64,000 nucleotides of DNA from contig CATNEN010000039.1 in the NCBI GenBank assembly GCA_950097015.1, positions 20,088,001-20,152,000 on the forward strand, given 5' to 3'. The DNA comes from Macrostomum hystrix (Eukaryota; Animalia; Platyhelminthes). Below, piece after piece: positions 1-12,957 of the stretch. Position numbers and translations under genes: made by a program. The notes below the pieces were generated by a model. The model was not told where the DNA came from. It saw only the letters and a list, made by a program, of their open reading frames with translations, and searched no databases. Positions within the stretch are counted from its first letter, which is position 1. The number at the start of each line of letters is the position of its first letter.

Positions 1-139
1 CATCTCTCCACTGTCTCATCTCTCCACTGTCTCATCTCTCCCCAGCGGCGCTCAGACTTGCTTGTCGAAGCTTCGGTGTCACGATTAGCGTCTGCTGTTC
101 AGATTGCATATTGAATTCGTTCTGAACCCCTCTGGACAG

Positions 140-3100
140 AAGCGTCCGCAGCATCGAGACCTACCTCCAGTCGACCGTGCTGCCATTATATGGTAACACG
201 CACAGCTCCGGTTCAGCCGTGTCGCGCCAGACAACCAGCTTTCGCGAGGAGGCCCGCCAGCTGATCAGACGAAGCGTGAACGCCGGGCCCCAGGATGCCG
301 TTGTCTTTTGCGGCTCGGGCGCCACCGGCGCCATTCACAAGCTCATCGGCGTGCTAGAGGTCAGCCGCAAGCAGACCGTTGTTCTCTACGGCCCATTCGA
401 GCACCACTCAAATATGCTGCCTTGGAAGGAGGCCGCCAGTCTTTGCGTCCGAGTGCCGGAGAACGCCGATGGCGGTGTCGACATGGCCTTCTTGGAGGCG
501 CAGCTGCGGCTTCACTCAAGCAGTGGCTCTACCGACCTGCTGCTCATCGGGGCCTTCTCAGCTGCCAGCAATGTCACCGGCATCCTGACTGACACGCGCG
601 CCGTCACCCGACTGCTGCACTCTTACGGCGCCCTGGCCGTCTGGGACTTCGCCTGTGCCGGGCCCTACGTCGGCATCGACGTTAACGCCGAGCCAGACTG
701 CAGCTTCGACGCCGTGTTCCTGTCGCCGCACAAATTCCTCGGCGGCCCTGGCACGCCCGGCCTGCTGGTTGCTAAGCGACGCCTGTTCGGCAACGCCATA
801 CCGCATCAGGCCGGCGGGGGCACCGTTGTCTACGTCACCAAAGACAAGCACCAATACGAAGCTGACATCGAGGTCGGTGGTAGAATAAGTAGAAGGACCA
901 TGGGGGGATTTTAAATAGCCAAGTGCCTACTTCAAGATAGCTCCAAAAACCGAATGACCGAGTTTCTGAATCTACATTTTCCGCCCATTAGGATGAACTA
1001 GCCTTCAAAGCCGCCAGAGTCAGCATCGTCGAGATATTCAGCGATTCTTGTTGGAGACCCTGGTGACAAGGACAAATAAAAGTTCTCTGATTTATGCAAA
1101 ATAGTCAAAAATGATAGCCGGCAGCTACATGATGAATATTTTGTGAGCGGAAAAATTATGCCTAGCTCGTACATTGGTGATTTTTGCCACCAAACACTCA
1201 ACGAGAAATCTTTGAATATCTCGACGTTGCCGATGGTTTGTGATCCTGGAAGTTGTTTCATCGGATAGAGCAGTAAATTTTAGCCTGTGTTCTGTATTTT
1301 CACGGCGATTGGGTGAATATTTTAGGAGATACAGAAAAAAAGAAAAATGTGGTTTTTTTTAATAACACCCTGTGCTCTTTCTGCTGTTCATTACGCGATA
1401 CTATAAGGTTACCCAATAAAATAGTTTGTTGAAAAAGTAAAACTAATTCTGAACCCAATCACCTCATTCGTCACTAGGTTAGAGAAGAGGGTGGCACCCC
1501 CGCCATTGTGGACTGTGTCCGGTGCGGCCTAGTCTTCCAACTCAAGTCGAAAATTGGAGAAGCCACCATTCATTCGCGAGAACTGGAGCTAGTCAGGTTC
1601 GGAACTAAACTCTGTGTTAACTGGTGGGAAATAGATGGATCTTCTTACCCTAACAAGAGTTCAGCGAGCTACTGTTTTGAATTTTAGTTGGGCCTGGCGA
1701 GTGTTTCCCAACATCAAGAACCTGGTGGTACTCGGTAGTCGACTGCTGCCAAGGCTGCCAATTTTTTCATTCCTGGTGCGCCATCGCCAGACTGGCCGAT
1801 TTGTGCATCACAACTTTGTCGCCACTCTGCTCAACGATCTCTACGGTATCCAGTGCAGAGCCGGCTGCGCTTGTGCTGGGCCGTACGCCGCGGTGAGTCT
1901 GTTCTCATCGATCGATTCGAGTTCTTCTTCTTCTTATTGTTGAAATGGTCTTCTTTGATAGTTTGCGCATCAAGGAATGTATTGTTCGATATTTTGTGCA
2001 TCAAAGATATATTTCTTGATAGTGTGTGCATTACTATCTTCTCAACGTGGTCTCTCTAGAATGTGACGTCATCACGACCTACTAAAGATGTCTTCTTCGC
2101 TAGTTTTTTTTCTGTACGGATGTGTTCTGCAATAGTTTGATGTGTCAAGTACTTCATTTTACGCATGTTTTTTTCGAAAATTATTGTCTACTAGATATCC
2201 TTGCTTATTTGTAGGGCCAAATCTAACAGAAGCCAATTAAAATTTCAGGATTTACTTGGGCTTGACGATCACATGACTGAGAGGTTTACGTTCTTCTTGA
2301 ATGGAAGGTGAGAAAAGCTAAGAAAAAGGGAAAATGTTACGATTCTAAATACTCGTAAAACCACAAAATTTCTTTATCTGCGCATTTTACTGTCATTTGC
2401 AGAGCTAAGTCTTCCTCCCATTTGGAAATATTCAAGTGAGTCCGTTAACCTGATGCTAATCTGAATCAACGAAACGAAGCCAGTGCAAAATATTTTTCCC
2501 CATCCAATTAGACCCGGCTTTGTTCGGCTCAACCTGCCGTTCTTTTACGACGATCAGTTAATCGCCTTCGCCTTTAGAGCCATCGACATGGTGTGCAGAC
2601 ACGGCTGGCGACTCCTCCCAGAGGTGCGTTAACAATCGATGGATGTGTCGCTGTTGAATGTGCTAGGTCTAGATTTTTGACGTCATGACAGCGTCAGATA
2701 TCTTAGGGATTTGCTCTCTCTAGAATGTGACGTCATGATGGACTGTTACTTATCAATGTGTCAGCCTCTAGAATGTGACGTCATGATGGACTGTTACTTA
2801 TCAATGTGTCAGCCTCTAGAATGTGACGCCATCATGGACTGTTACCTATCAATGTGTAGCCTCTAAAATTTGACGCCATCATGGACTGTTACTTATCAAT
2901 GTGTAACCTCTAGAATGTGACGCCATCATGGACTGTTACCTATCAATGTGTAGCCTCTAGAATTTGACGCCATCATGGACTGTTACTTATCAATGTGTAA
3001 CCTCTAGAATGTGACGCCATCATGGACTGTTACCTATCAATGTGTAGCCTCTAGAATGTGACGCCATCATGGACTGTTACCTATCAATGTGTAGCCTCTA

Positions 3101-6100
3101 GAATGTGACGCCATCATGGACTGTTACTTATCAATGTGTAGCCTCTAGAATGTGACGCCATCATGGACTGTTACTTATCAATGTGTAACCTCTAGAATGT
3201 GACGCCATCATGGACTGTTACCTATCAATGTGTAGCCTCTAGAATTTGACGCCATCATGGACTGTTACCTATCAATGTGTAGCCTCTAGAATTTGACGCC
3301 ATCATGGACTGTTACCTATCAATGTGTAGCCTCTAGAATTTGACGCCATCATGGACTGTTACTTATCAATGTGAAGCCTCTAGATTGTGACGTCATCATG
3401 GACTGTTACCTATCAATGTGTAGCCTCTAGAATGTGACGCCATCATGGACTGTTACTTATCAATGTGTAGCCTCTAAAATTTGACGCCATCATGGACTGT
3501 TACTTATCAATGTGTAGCCTCTAGAATGTGACGCAATCATGGACTGTTACTTATCAATGTGTAGCCTCTAGAATGTGACGCCATCATGGACTGTTACTTA
3601 TCAATGTGTAGCCTCAAAAATTTGACGCCATCATGGACCGTTACCTATCAATGTGAAGCCTCTAGATTGTGACGTCATAATGGACTGTTACCTATCAATG
3701 TGTAGCCTCTAGAATGTGACGCCATCATGGACTGTTACCTATCAATGTGTAGCCTCTAAAATTTGACGCCATCATGGACTGTTACCTATCAATGTGAAGC
3801 CTCTAGAATGTGACGTCATGATGGACTGTTACTTATCAATGTGTAGCCTCTAAAATTTGACGCCATGATGGACTGTTACTTATCAATGTGTAGCCTCTAA
3901 AGTGTGACGCCATCATGGACTGTTACCTATCAATGTGTAGCCTCTAAAATTTGACGCCATCATGGACTGTTACTTATCAATGTGTAGCCTCTAGAATTTG
4001 ACGCCATCATGGACTGTTACCTATCAATGTGTAGCCTCTAAAATTTGACGCTATCATGGACTGTTACCTATCAATGTGTAGCCTCTAGAATGTGACGCCA
4101 TCATGGACTGTTACCTATCAATGTGTAGCCTCTAGAATGTGACGCCATCATGGACTGTTACTTATCAATGTGTAGCCTCTAGAATGTGACGCCATCATGG
4201 ACTGTTACTTATCAATGTGTAACCTCTAGAATGTGACGCCATCATGGACTGTTACCTATCAATGTGTAGCCTCTAGAATTTGACGCCATCATGGACTGTT
4301 ACTTATCAATGTGTAACCTCTAGAATGTGACGCCATCATGGACTGTTACCTATCAATGTGTAGCCTCTAGAATGTGACGCCATCATGGACTGTTACCTAT
4401 CAATGTGTAGCCTCTAGAATGTGACGCCATCATGGACTGTTACCTATCAATGTGTAGCCTCTAGAATGTGACGCCATCATGGACTGTTACTTATCAATGT
4501 GTAGCCTCTAGAATGTGACGCCATCATGGACTGTTACTTATCAATGTGTAGCCTCAAAAATTTGACGCCATCATGGACTGTTACCTATCAATGTGTAGCC
4601 TCTAAAATTTGACGCCATCATGGACTGTTACCTATCAATGTGAAGCCTCTAGAATGTGACGTCATGATGGACTGTTACTTATCAATGTGTAGCCTCTAAA
4701 ATTTGACGCCATGATGGACTGTTACTTATCAATGTGTAGCCTCTAAAGTGTGACGCCATCATGGACTGTTACCTATCAATGTGTAGCCTCTAAAATTTGA
4801 CGCCATCATGGACTGTTACTTATCAATGTGTAGCCTCTAGAATGTGACGCCATCATGGACTGTTACCTATCAATGTGTAGCCTCTAGAATGTGATGCCAT
4901 CATGGACTGTTACCTATCAATGTGTAGCCTCTAAAATTTGACGCCATGATGGACTGTTACTTATCAATGTGTAGCCTCTAAAATTTGACGCCATGATGGA
5001 CTGTTACTTATCAATGTGTAGCCTCTAAAGTGTGACGCCATCATGGACTGTTACCTATCAATGTGTAGCCTCTAGAATGTGATGCCATCATGGACTGTTA
5101 CCTATCAATGTGTAGCCTCTAGAATTTGACGCCATCATGGACTGTTACTTATCAATGTGTAACCTCTAGAATGTGACGCCATCATGGACTGTTACCTATC
5201 AATGTGTAGCCTCTAGAATGTGACGCCATCATGGACTGTTACCTATCAATGTGTAGCCTCTAGAATGTGACGCCATCATGGACTGTTACCTATCAATGTG
5301 TAGCCTCTAAAATTTGACGCCATCATGGACTGTTACTTATCAATGTGTAACCTCTAGAATGTGATGCCATCATGGACTGTTACCTATCAATGTGTAGCCT
5401 CTAGAATGTGACGCCATCATGGACTGTTACCTATCAATGTGTAGCCTCTAAAATTTGACGCTATCATGGACTGTTACTTATCAATGTGTAGCCTCTAGAA
5501 TGTGACGCCATCATGGACTGTTACCTATCAATGTGTAGCCTCTAGAATGTGACGCCATGATGGACTGTTACCTATCAATGTGTAGCCTCTAGAATGTGAC
5601 GCCATCATGGACTGTTACCTATCAATGTGTAGCCTCTAAAGTGTGACGCCATCATGGACTGTTACTTATCAATGTGTAGCCTCTAGAATTTGACGCCATC
5701 ATGGACTGTTACTTATCAATGTGTAGCCTCTAGAATGTGACGCCATCATGGACTGTTACTTATCAATGTGTAGCCTCTAGAATTTGACGCCATCATGGAC
5801 TGTTACTTATCAATGTGAAGCCTCTAGATTGTGACGTCATATTGGACTGTTACTTATCAATGTGTAGCCTCTAGAATTTGACGCCATCATGGACTGTTAC
5901 TTATCAATGTGTAGCCTCTAGAATGTGACGCAATCATGGACTGTTACTTATCAATGTGTAGCGTCTAAAATTTGACGCCATCATGGACTGTTACTTATCA
6001 ATGTGTAGCCTCAAAAATTTGACGCCATCATGGACTGTTACCTATCAATGTGAAGCCTCTAGATTGTGACGTCATAATGGACTGTTACCTATCAATGTGT

Positions 6101-8171
6101 AGCCTCTAGAATGTGACGCCATCATGGACTGTTACCTATCAATGTGTAGCCTCTAGAATTTGACGCCATCATGGACTGTTACTTATCAATGTGAAGCCTC
6201 TAGATTGTGACGTCATAATGGACTGTTACCTATCAATGTGTAGCCTCTAGAATGTGACGCCATCATGGACTGTTACTTATCAATGTGTAGCCTCTAGAAT
6301 GTGACGCCATCATGGACTGTTACTTATCAATGTGTAACCTCTAGAATGTGACGCCATCATGGACTGTTACCTATCAATGTGTAGCCTCTAGAATGTGACG
6401 CCATCATGGACTGTTACTTATCAATGTGTAACCTCTAGAATGTGACGCCATCATGGACTGTTACCTATCAATGTGTAGCCTCTAGAATGTGACGCCATCA
6501 TGGACTGTTACCTATCAATGTGTAGCCTCTAGAATGTGACGCCATCATGGACTGTTACCTATCAATGTGTAGCCTCTAGAATGTGACGCCATCATGGACT
6601 GTTACTTATCAATGTGTAGCCTCTAGAATGTGACGCCATCATGGACTGTTACTTATCAATGTGTAGCCTCTAGAATTTGACGCCATCATGGACTGTTACT
6701 TATCAATGTGTAGCCTCTAAAATTTGACGCCATCATGGACTGTTACCTATCAATGTGAAGCCTCTAGATTGTGACGTCATAATGGACTGTTACTTATCAA
6801 TGTTTAGCCTTTAGAAGTGACGTCATCAGGCAAAACAACAGACGCCAGAATAAAACTGTATTCGTCGCATCCATTATCCTATAGTATGACTTCGACGCAG
6901 CCACGGGTAGCTGGCATCACCGCGACTTTCAGTCCCGTCCACACTCGCTGCACGATTGTCACTTTGCATTCAGCGACATCGCTGATTCAGCGGCATCGAG
7001 ACAGGCGGCGCAAGCTGCCGCCACTGCAGCTGAAAGTCGTGACAGCCTAGAAGTGAGCCGATTCGTCCTACGAAATCACAGTGAAATTAATAATCAGATA
7101 ATTATTTATTATTACAATCTAAAACTTGTCTCCAATCTCCACTCAGACTGTTGCGAACAAGGCCGAGTTTATTCTTCTAACTGCTGCCGATCGGCTCAAA
7201 AAGGTTCGTGCTCATTTTGAGCGATAGCTCAGTTTATTTTATGGATATATTCATTTGTTATTAACTGCATATCCTACTAGGTGAGCAATTGCCTTTAAAG
7301 TCAGTCACGGATGCTTATCTGTCTCTTAGACTCTTTGTTTGCTCGTCCCATGGCCCTGGATGGATCGACTTTGATAAGCGAGTTACCGGAAAATTATGAC
7401 TATGAATAGAGACTATAGCAATGCTCATAGGAACATTGAGTAAGGAAAATATTAGTTAAGGACAGATAAGGATGGAATAAAATGGAATTGTAGACTGGAT
7501 CTGTTTAGAGTCGGAGGATGTTAGACTTTTATTAACAGCAAAGAATGAAATGAAAATTTATTTAGAAGGGCTAAAATTTGCGTGGTCTTTCTCCAGGAGG
7601 GAAAGCGTGGTCTTTCTCCAGGAGGGAAAGCGTGGTCTTTCTCCAGGAGGGAAAGCGTGGTCTTTCTCCAGGGGGGGGAAGCGTGGTCTTTCTCCAGGGG
7701 GGAAAGCGTGGTCTTTGTCCAGGGGGGAAAGCGTGGTCTTTCTCCAGGAGGGAAAGCGTGGTCTTTCTCCAGGAGGGAAAGCGTGGTCTTTCTCCAGGAG
7801 GGAAAGCGTGGTATTTCTCCAGGGGGGGGGAAGGCGTGATCTTTCTCCAGGAGGGAAAGCGTGGTCTTTCTCCAGAAGGGAAAGCGTGGTATTTCTCCAG
7901 GGGGGGAAGGCGTGATCTTTGTCCAGGAGGGAAAGCGTGGTATTTCTACTCTCACCTATTGGTTACCTAATTCACAAAACTCTGCCAGCGAACGAGCGCC
8001 AAGGAATCGCGCGGCGGTACATCAGGCGCAAATCAGCCGCTGACGTCGCTGTTGTCAGAAGACGACGCCCGAATGCTGTGGTTCGTCCTGCCGCAGGAGG
8101 CTGCCTCTATTCTGAGCAACACCGCTAGAGCAATCGACTTCAAAGAGTTCAGCGACTGCGCATCGCAATAG
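140..8171 (+). CDS. PLP-dependent class-V aminotransferase / cysteine desulfurase-like protein, 5'-partial, 9 exons in window
   Basis: Exons joined at GT-AG sites with consistent phases: 140-872, 1478-1596, 1688-1892, 2249-2307, 2403-2435, 2512-2623, 6885-7052, 7147-7203, 7989-8171 (TAG). Motifs: VLPLYGNTH, GSGATGAIHKL, GPFEHHSN, AASNVTG, WDFA, SPHKFLGGPG (PLP lysine), REEGGTP, LLNDLYGIQCRAGCACAGPY, KPGFVRLNL, GWRLLPEY, LWFVLP. Confidence 0.9.
2718..6826. repeat. 47-bp tandem minisatellite, roughly 87 copies, intronic
   Basis: Unit CTCTAGAATGTGACGCCATCATGGACTGTTACCTATCAATGTGTAGC; ATGGACTGTT recurs at 2881 and 2928 (period 47). Lies between exons ending 2623 and starting 6885. Confidence 0.97.
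7580..7947. repeat. 25-bp tandem minisatellite, about 14 copies, intronic
   Basis: Unit GCGTGGTCTTTCTCCAGGAGGGAAA (CGTGG at 7581 and 7606). Confidence 0.95.
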
Positions 8172-9175
8172 TTGACCGATTAACACAGAAATGCGTACAT
8201 TCGTTGAAAGTTTACATACAGAATCTGATTGGCCAAGGAGTTTGTTTTAGTTGCTATTTTTAGATGAATCGAGAATGTGATGGGAAAGTTTCCCCTTTTT
8301 TTATTACCCTAGACCCCAAACACGTGACCAACATCAGCCTACTTCATTGGCTATAAGAAGTTAGACAATTCTGCTAATTTTAGAAAGCTGTTCGTTTCCC
8401 TTTTATATTATACCCGCCAACCCAACCATGTCACCCACATCAGCCAATTTTTCTTGGTTTTTGTTAAAGTTGCTTATTGGCTAAAGTTTTTGCTATTTTT
8501 AGAACGAGATTTCGTGAGTCCCAACCATCTCAGCACCGGGTAGGTAGCAGCCAGCCAATCAAATTTAGAACCGATCTGCCGATTGAAATGGCACTTGGAA
8601 CCGAAAATAAGTTAACTTGTTTAATAAGTAGTTTGTTGCAGTCACTAATTTAATTTAGAACTAATCTGAAATATATAGCTTTTTAGTCTAAAAAATTCTA
8701 ACATACTATGATACTACTTAAAAAGTTAAACTGAGTACTATCCAATAGATAAAATGAATAACACAGTAAAACAGATAAGATTTTTACCATTTTGCCCCTC
8801 AGTTGCTCACAATCGACTGTAGTTTAGGATCTTCTATGCAGAAATGCGATCGATATAACCAGACAGACAATAGCGCAGCGAGAATAGTAGGAGGAAATTA
8901 AACAAAAGCAAAGTGAAAAATTTACTGCTTCACTAGGCAGTATATGAGTTATACTCGTACATCAGTTCTCATTGAAACGTTACTACACTGCCTGTGTTTG
9001 CTATTTGATGGGCTGCTCAGTTAATTCTTCCAATACTCAAAATAGATTCTGAGCAATTTTCTGACATTTGCTAGCAGGTGACTCGCGCACTCGCTCGCTC
9101 GCGCATTAGAGAAATCATCACTTAGGTCTTCTTTTGAGTCACAAACACGCTTAGCGGTGTTGTTTGGAGTGCACA

Positions 9176-9510
<335 letters not shown>

Positions 9511-9721
9511 GCACTAGTTTTTTGTTTTAAAAATGGCTTCTTTAAAGTACATTTAGAGAGCTCATATTTAAATGTATTTTATGCATCACTGAAAGAATAT
9601 AAGTTGTGAAATAGCTAATTATAAAATGCAACGATTTTTTTAATCTGTGAACAAACTTAAAAGAGATAAAGTTGATTGAAAAATAAAATATAGAGCGTTA
9701 GGAGATTAAAAAATAAATTTA

Positions 9722-9916
9722 AGAGAATGGGAGAAGGGAGAGACTGGGAGAAGGGAGAGACTGGGAGAAGGGAGAGAATGGGAGAAGGGAGAGAATGGGA
9801 GAAGGGAGAGAATGGGAGAAGGGAGAGACTGGGAGAAGGGAGAGACTGGGAGAAGGGAGAGAATGGGAGAAGGGAGAGACTGGCAGAAGGGAGAGACTGG
9901 GAGAAGGGAGAGAATG
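9722..9916. repeat. Polypurine GGGAGA-rich tandem repeat
   Basis: Alternating GGGAGAAGGGAGAGAAT / GGGAGAAGGGAGAGACT units. Confidence 0.92.
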
Positions 9917-10421
9917 TAAGCAGGGAGACCCGAGTGAGATCACGTCGCTCCTCTTTCGTGCATGAGCATGGGCTACAGCGGACTTGACTGCTTGGTTGGA
10001 AAGGGATTTTGACTTTTCAAGGCACGCCTGGATTGGCATATACGTATGCCCTTGCCGCCCTCACAACATTGAGAGAGATAGAGAAAGAATGGGGTATACG
10101 CTGCTTGCTCGGAGAGTTTGGGACAGACTGTGGCGACCTGCTTGCCCGCCGCACAATAGGAGGAGAAGGAGAGAAAGAATTGAAAGAGATAGAAAACGGG
10201 GGCAGAAGTAGTAATTCCAGCCTCGCAGTACGTGGGAATAAAAAAAGACCCCTGTCGGAAATGCATAGATGTAAGAAGGACAGACTGGGAATGCCAAGAT
10301 ATGGTGCGTTAGTCGGCCTCAGCACTTCAGCCCCTTCCGCCATTAGTGATAAACACCTGATGTCAAAGATTTCTATTCATCTCAACAATTCTCGACAATT
10401 AGAAATATCTTTCTGAGAAAC

Positions 10422-10672
10422 ATGAGCGCCGACGAGTCACGCCGACTGACCCGATCTTGGGACGCCCTGGCCCTGGCTGAGTGGGCTTCCTCTAGGAGCA
10501 ACAGCGGCAACCAGCAGCAGCAGCAGAATTTGCCTCTGGTAACAACGATACGCTCGGCAACCAGAAATGGCGAGCAGCAGCAGCAGCAGCAACAGCAGAA
10601 ACCCTACACTTACCAGCTAGAGAGAGTGAAGCACAGTATTCGAAGGCAGAACTCCGGCACGGATGAGCTGAC

Positions 10673-10720
<48 letters not shown>

Positions 10721-10913
10721 ATGGAAGGAGAAGCAGCCACTGAGGTTGCCGGAGCCTCATCAACACACGGGCAGCAGCTACAGGCTGAGCCAGTCGCACA
10801 GCGGTGGTAGCATCAAGATGCCGCCACTGCTGCCACGACTAAACCTCAGTCCGAGGGTCTTGTCCATCGAAGATTCGCTAAATGGTCGTGGCGGCAGTGT
10901 CGGCGGCGGACAA
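10422..10913 (+). CDS. Low-complexity polyQ-containing ORF, probable first coding exon of an unidentified gene
   Basis: ATG at 10422, GC-rich coding-like composition against AT-rich flanks, in-frame CAG tracts, strong donor GTGAGT at 10914. Unspliced it would stop at 10937. No recognisable domain. Confidence 0.5.
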
Positions 10914-11301
10914 GTGAGTCAAAGGAAAGAAATTTAGTTAAAACGGTAAATTTGCACTTAAATAAACTGATTCCTAATATCCGGTAAGCTACCAAAAAAC
11001 TAAAGCCGTCCACGAGTTTGTTGTTAGTTCTTAGATAATAGCACTGCAATTCCATCTGGTCTTTATTTCGCTTTGCATTGCATTTCTCCTTACTATTAAA
11101 GATACAAACATATTGAAAGTATATGCTCGTGCACTAAAACCTGTGCACTTCCCTCTATCGCTTTTGGCATTGCTAGTTGATGCTTTACATTATCAGATTG
11201 CTTTTAATTTGAAGCGATAGCACTGCTGCCGTGGTTGTTCTTGCCTTTTTTAAATCGAAAAAAATTGTAAACTTTAACATATTTTAACTTGTTCTTGTTA
11301 T

Positions 11302-11673
11302 GATAAGCGGGTGGGCTTTGGGGTGTGAAATGACGCTGCCTTAAAAAGGAGGGAAGATAAGCGGTGTGGACTGTGGGGTGTGAAGTGACGCCGCCTTAAA
11401 AAGGAGGGAAGATAAGCGGTGTGGACTGTGGGGTGTGAAGTGACGCCACCTCAAAAAGGAGGGAAGATAAGCGGTGTGGGCTGTGGGGCGTGAAGTGACG
11501 CCGCCTTAAAAGCAGGGAAGATAAGCGATGTGGACTGTGGGGTGTGAAGTGACGCCACCTCAAAAAGGAGGGAAGATAAGCGGTGTGGGCTGTGGGGCGT
11601 GAAGTGACGCCGCCATAAAAGCAGGGAAGATAAGCGGTGTGGGCTGGTGGTGCGAAGTGACGCCGCCTTAAAA
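11302..11673. repeat. 55-bp tandem minisatellite, about 7 copies
   Basis: Unit GATAAGCGGTGTGGACTGTGGGGTGTGAAGTGACGCCGCCTTAAAAAGGAGGGAA (starts at 11356, 11411, 11466). Confidence 0.93.
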
Positions 11674-12374
11674 TATTTCTTTGGGATGTGATGTGGCGCT
11701 GCTTTATGGACTAGGAAGATTAGTTAAGTGAGCTGGTGGCTTTGACATTATGGGACTACTTTAAGAGTTGGTAAAACAAACGGAATAAGAAGCCTAGCCT
11801 GTGAACTAGATCGAAAAAAATAATGAAAGCTTCCCTCGACCAAGCTTTTTATTTATTCTTACTTTGAGAACAAAAATTGTGATTCTTGGACGCGTGCTTA
11901 ACTAATTGTGTTCTTGTTGAGTTACACACTTGTTGCTAGCACAATATGCGTTATATTATTAATATAAAAAATATACGCTGCACTGAAAAACTGATTAACT
12001 ACTTAAAAATGCGAGTTCTTAATCCTTCACTGTCCGACTCCAACTGTTCTATCTTGTTCCAACATAGTCCTATTAAATATAACAATAGTTAAGATTACCC
12101 ACACATGTATACGTCTAACAGCATTGAAATTTGGGTAACTTACTTTAGACTGGAGCATTTTCCTGTCTGTATGCCCTTCAAGGTCCCTCAAAGTTTCCCT
12201 CTATTTGGGCTTTCAGTCTAATTAGAGGTGCTTATTGATCCTTTCTTTTAGTCGGCTCGGCATAGAATTCGACTCACGACTAAAAGTACAATGCACAAAT
12301 GCCTATGAAAGCCTAAAGTACATAACTGTAACTATGACTGTGATACAGCGAGTTAGCCTTTTATTTGGATATTT

Positions 12375-12596
12375 TACCTCTTTAGATTGGTCGGTTACCT
12401 GTTAGATTGGTGGGTTACCTGTTAGATTGGTAGGTTACCTGTTAGATTGGTGGGTTACCTTTTAGATTGGTAGGCTACCTGTTAGATTGGTAGGCTACCT
12501 GCTAGATGGGTAGGTTACCTGTTAGATGGGTAGGTTACCTGTTAGATTGATAGGTTACCTGTTAGATTGATAGGTTACCTGTTAGATTGGTAGGTT
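12375..12596. repeat. 20-bp tandem minisatellite, about 11 copies
   Basis: Unit GTTAGATTGGTAGGTTACCT. Confidence 0.93.
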
Positions 12597-12957
12597 GTAG
12601 AAAATATACGAGCGTATGTTGGAAATAAAAATTGTACAATCTTCAGCCTTCAAAAACTACGTAACGAATCTTATCAGAGATTATCTAGCAATTAGATTAT
12701 TGACGCAAATACAAGTAAATAGATACGGCATAATAAGGATGAATTCAAAAAGGAGAACTATTAGCAACATGCTACTTCTAGTAAGTGACCGGTTAAGTTT
12801 CATAATTATTAAGTTAGAAAATATAGTACATCTAGATGCGTCAAAATTAGCTCTCAAGCCTAAGTAATCAGAATTAAGTCAAATGAAGAAGAGATTCAGC
12901 TTGGTAAAAAAAGAAAGTGAGGTCCATGCAGTTTCTGATTTATCTGCCAGATGTCTT

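Noticed and set aside
2718-6826. CRISPR-like array
   Set aside because: Units are contiguous with no unique spacers; the context is a eukaryotic intron with no cas genes. The same applies to the 22-, 25- and 55-bp arrays.
7521-7970. Overlapping ORFs of 85-144 aa
   Set aside because: Products of the 25-bp repeat inside an intron.
140-8171. Bacterial contamination or recent horizontal transfer of the desulfurase-like gene
   Set aside because: It has eight spliceosomal introns in the window and host-like composition; older origin cannot be judged without a phylogeny.
9719-10416. ORFs across the GA-rich region
   Set aside because: Low-complexity sequence, no domain or splice support.
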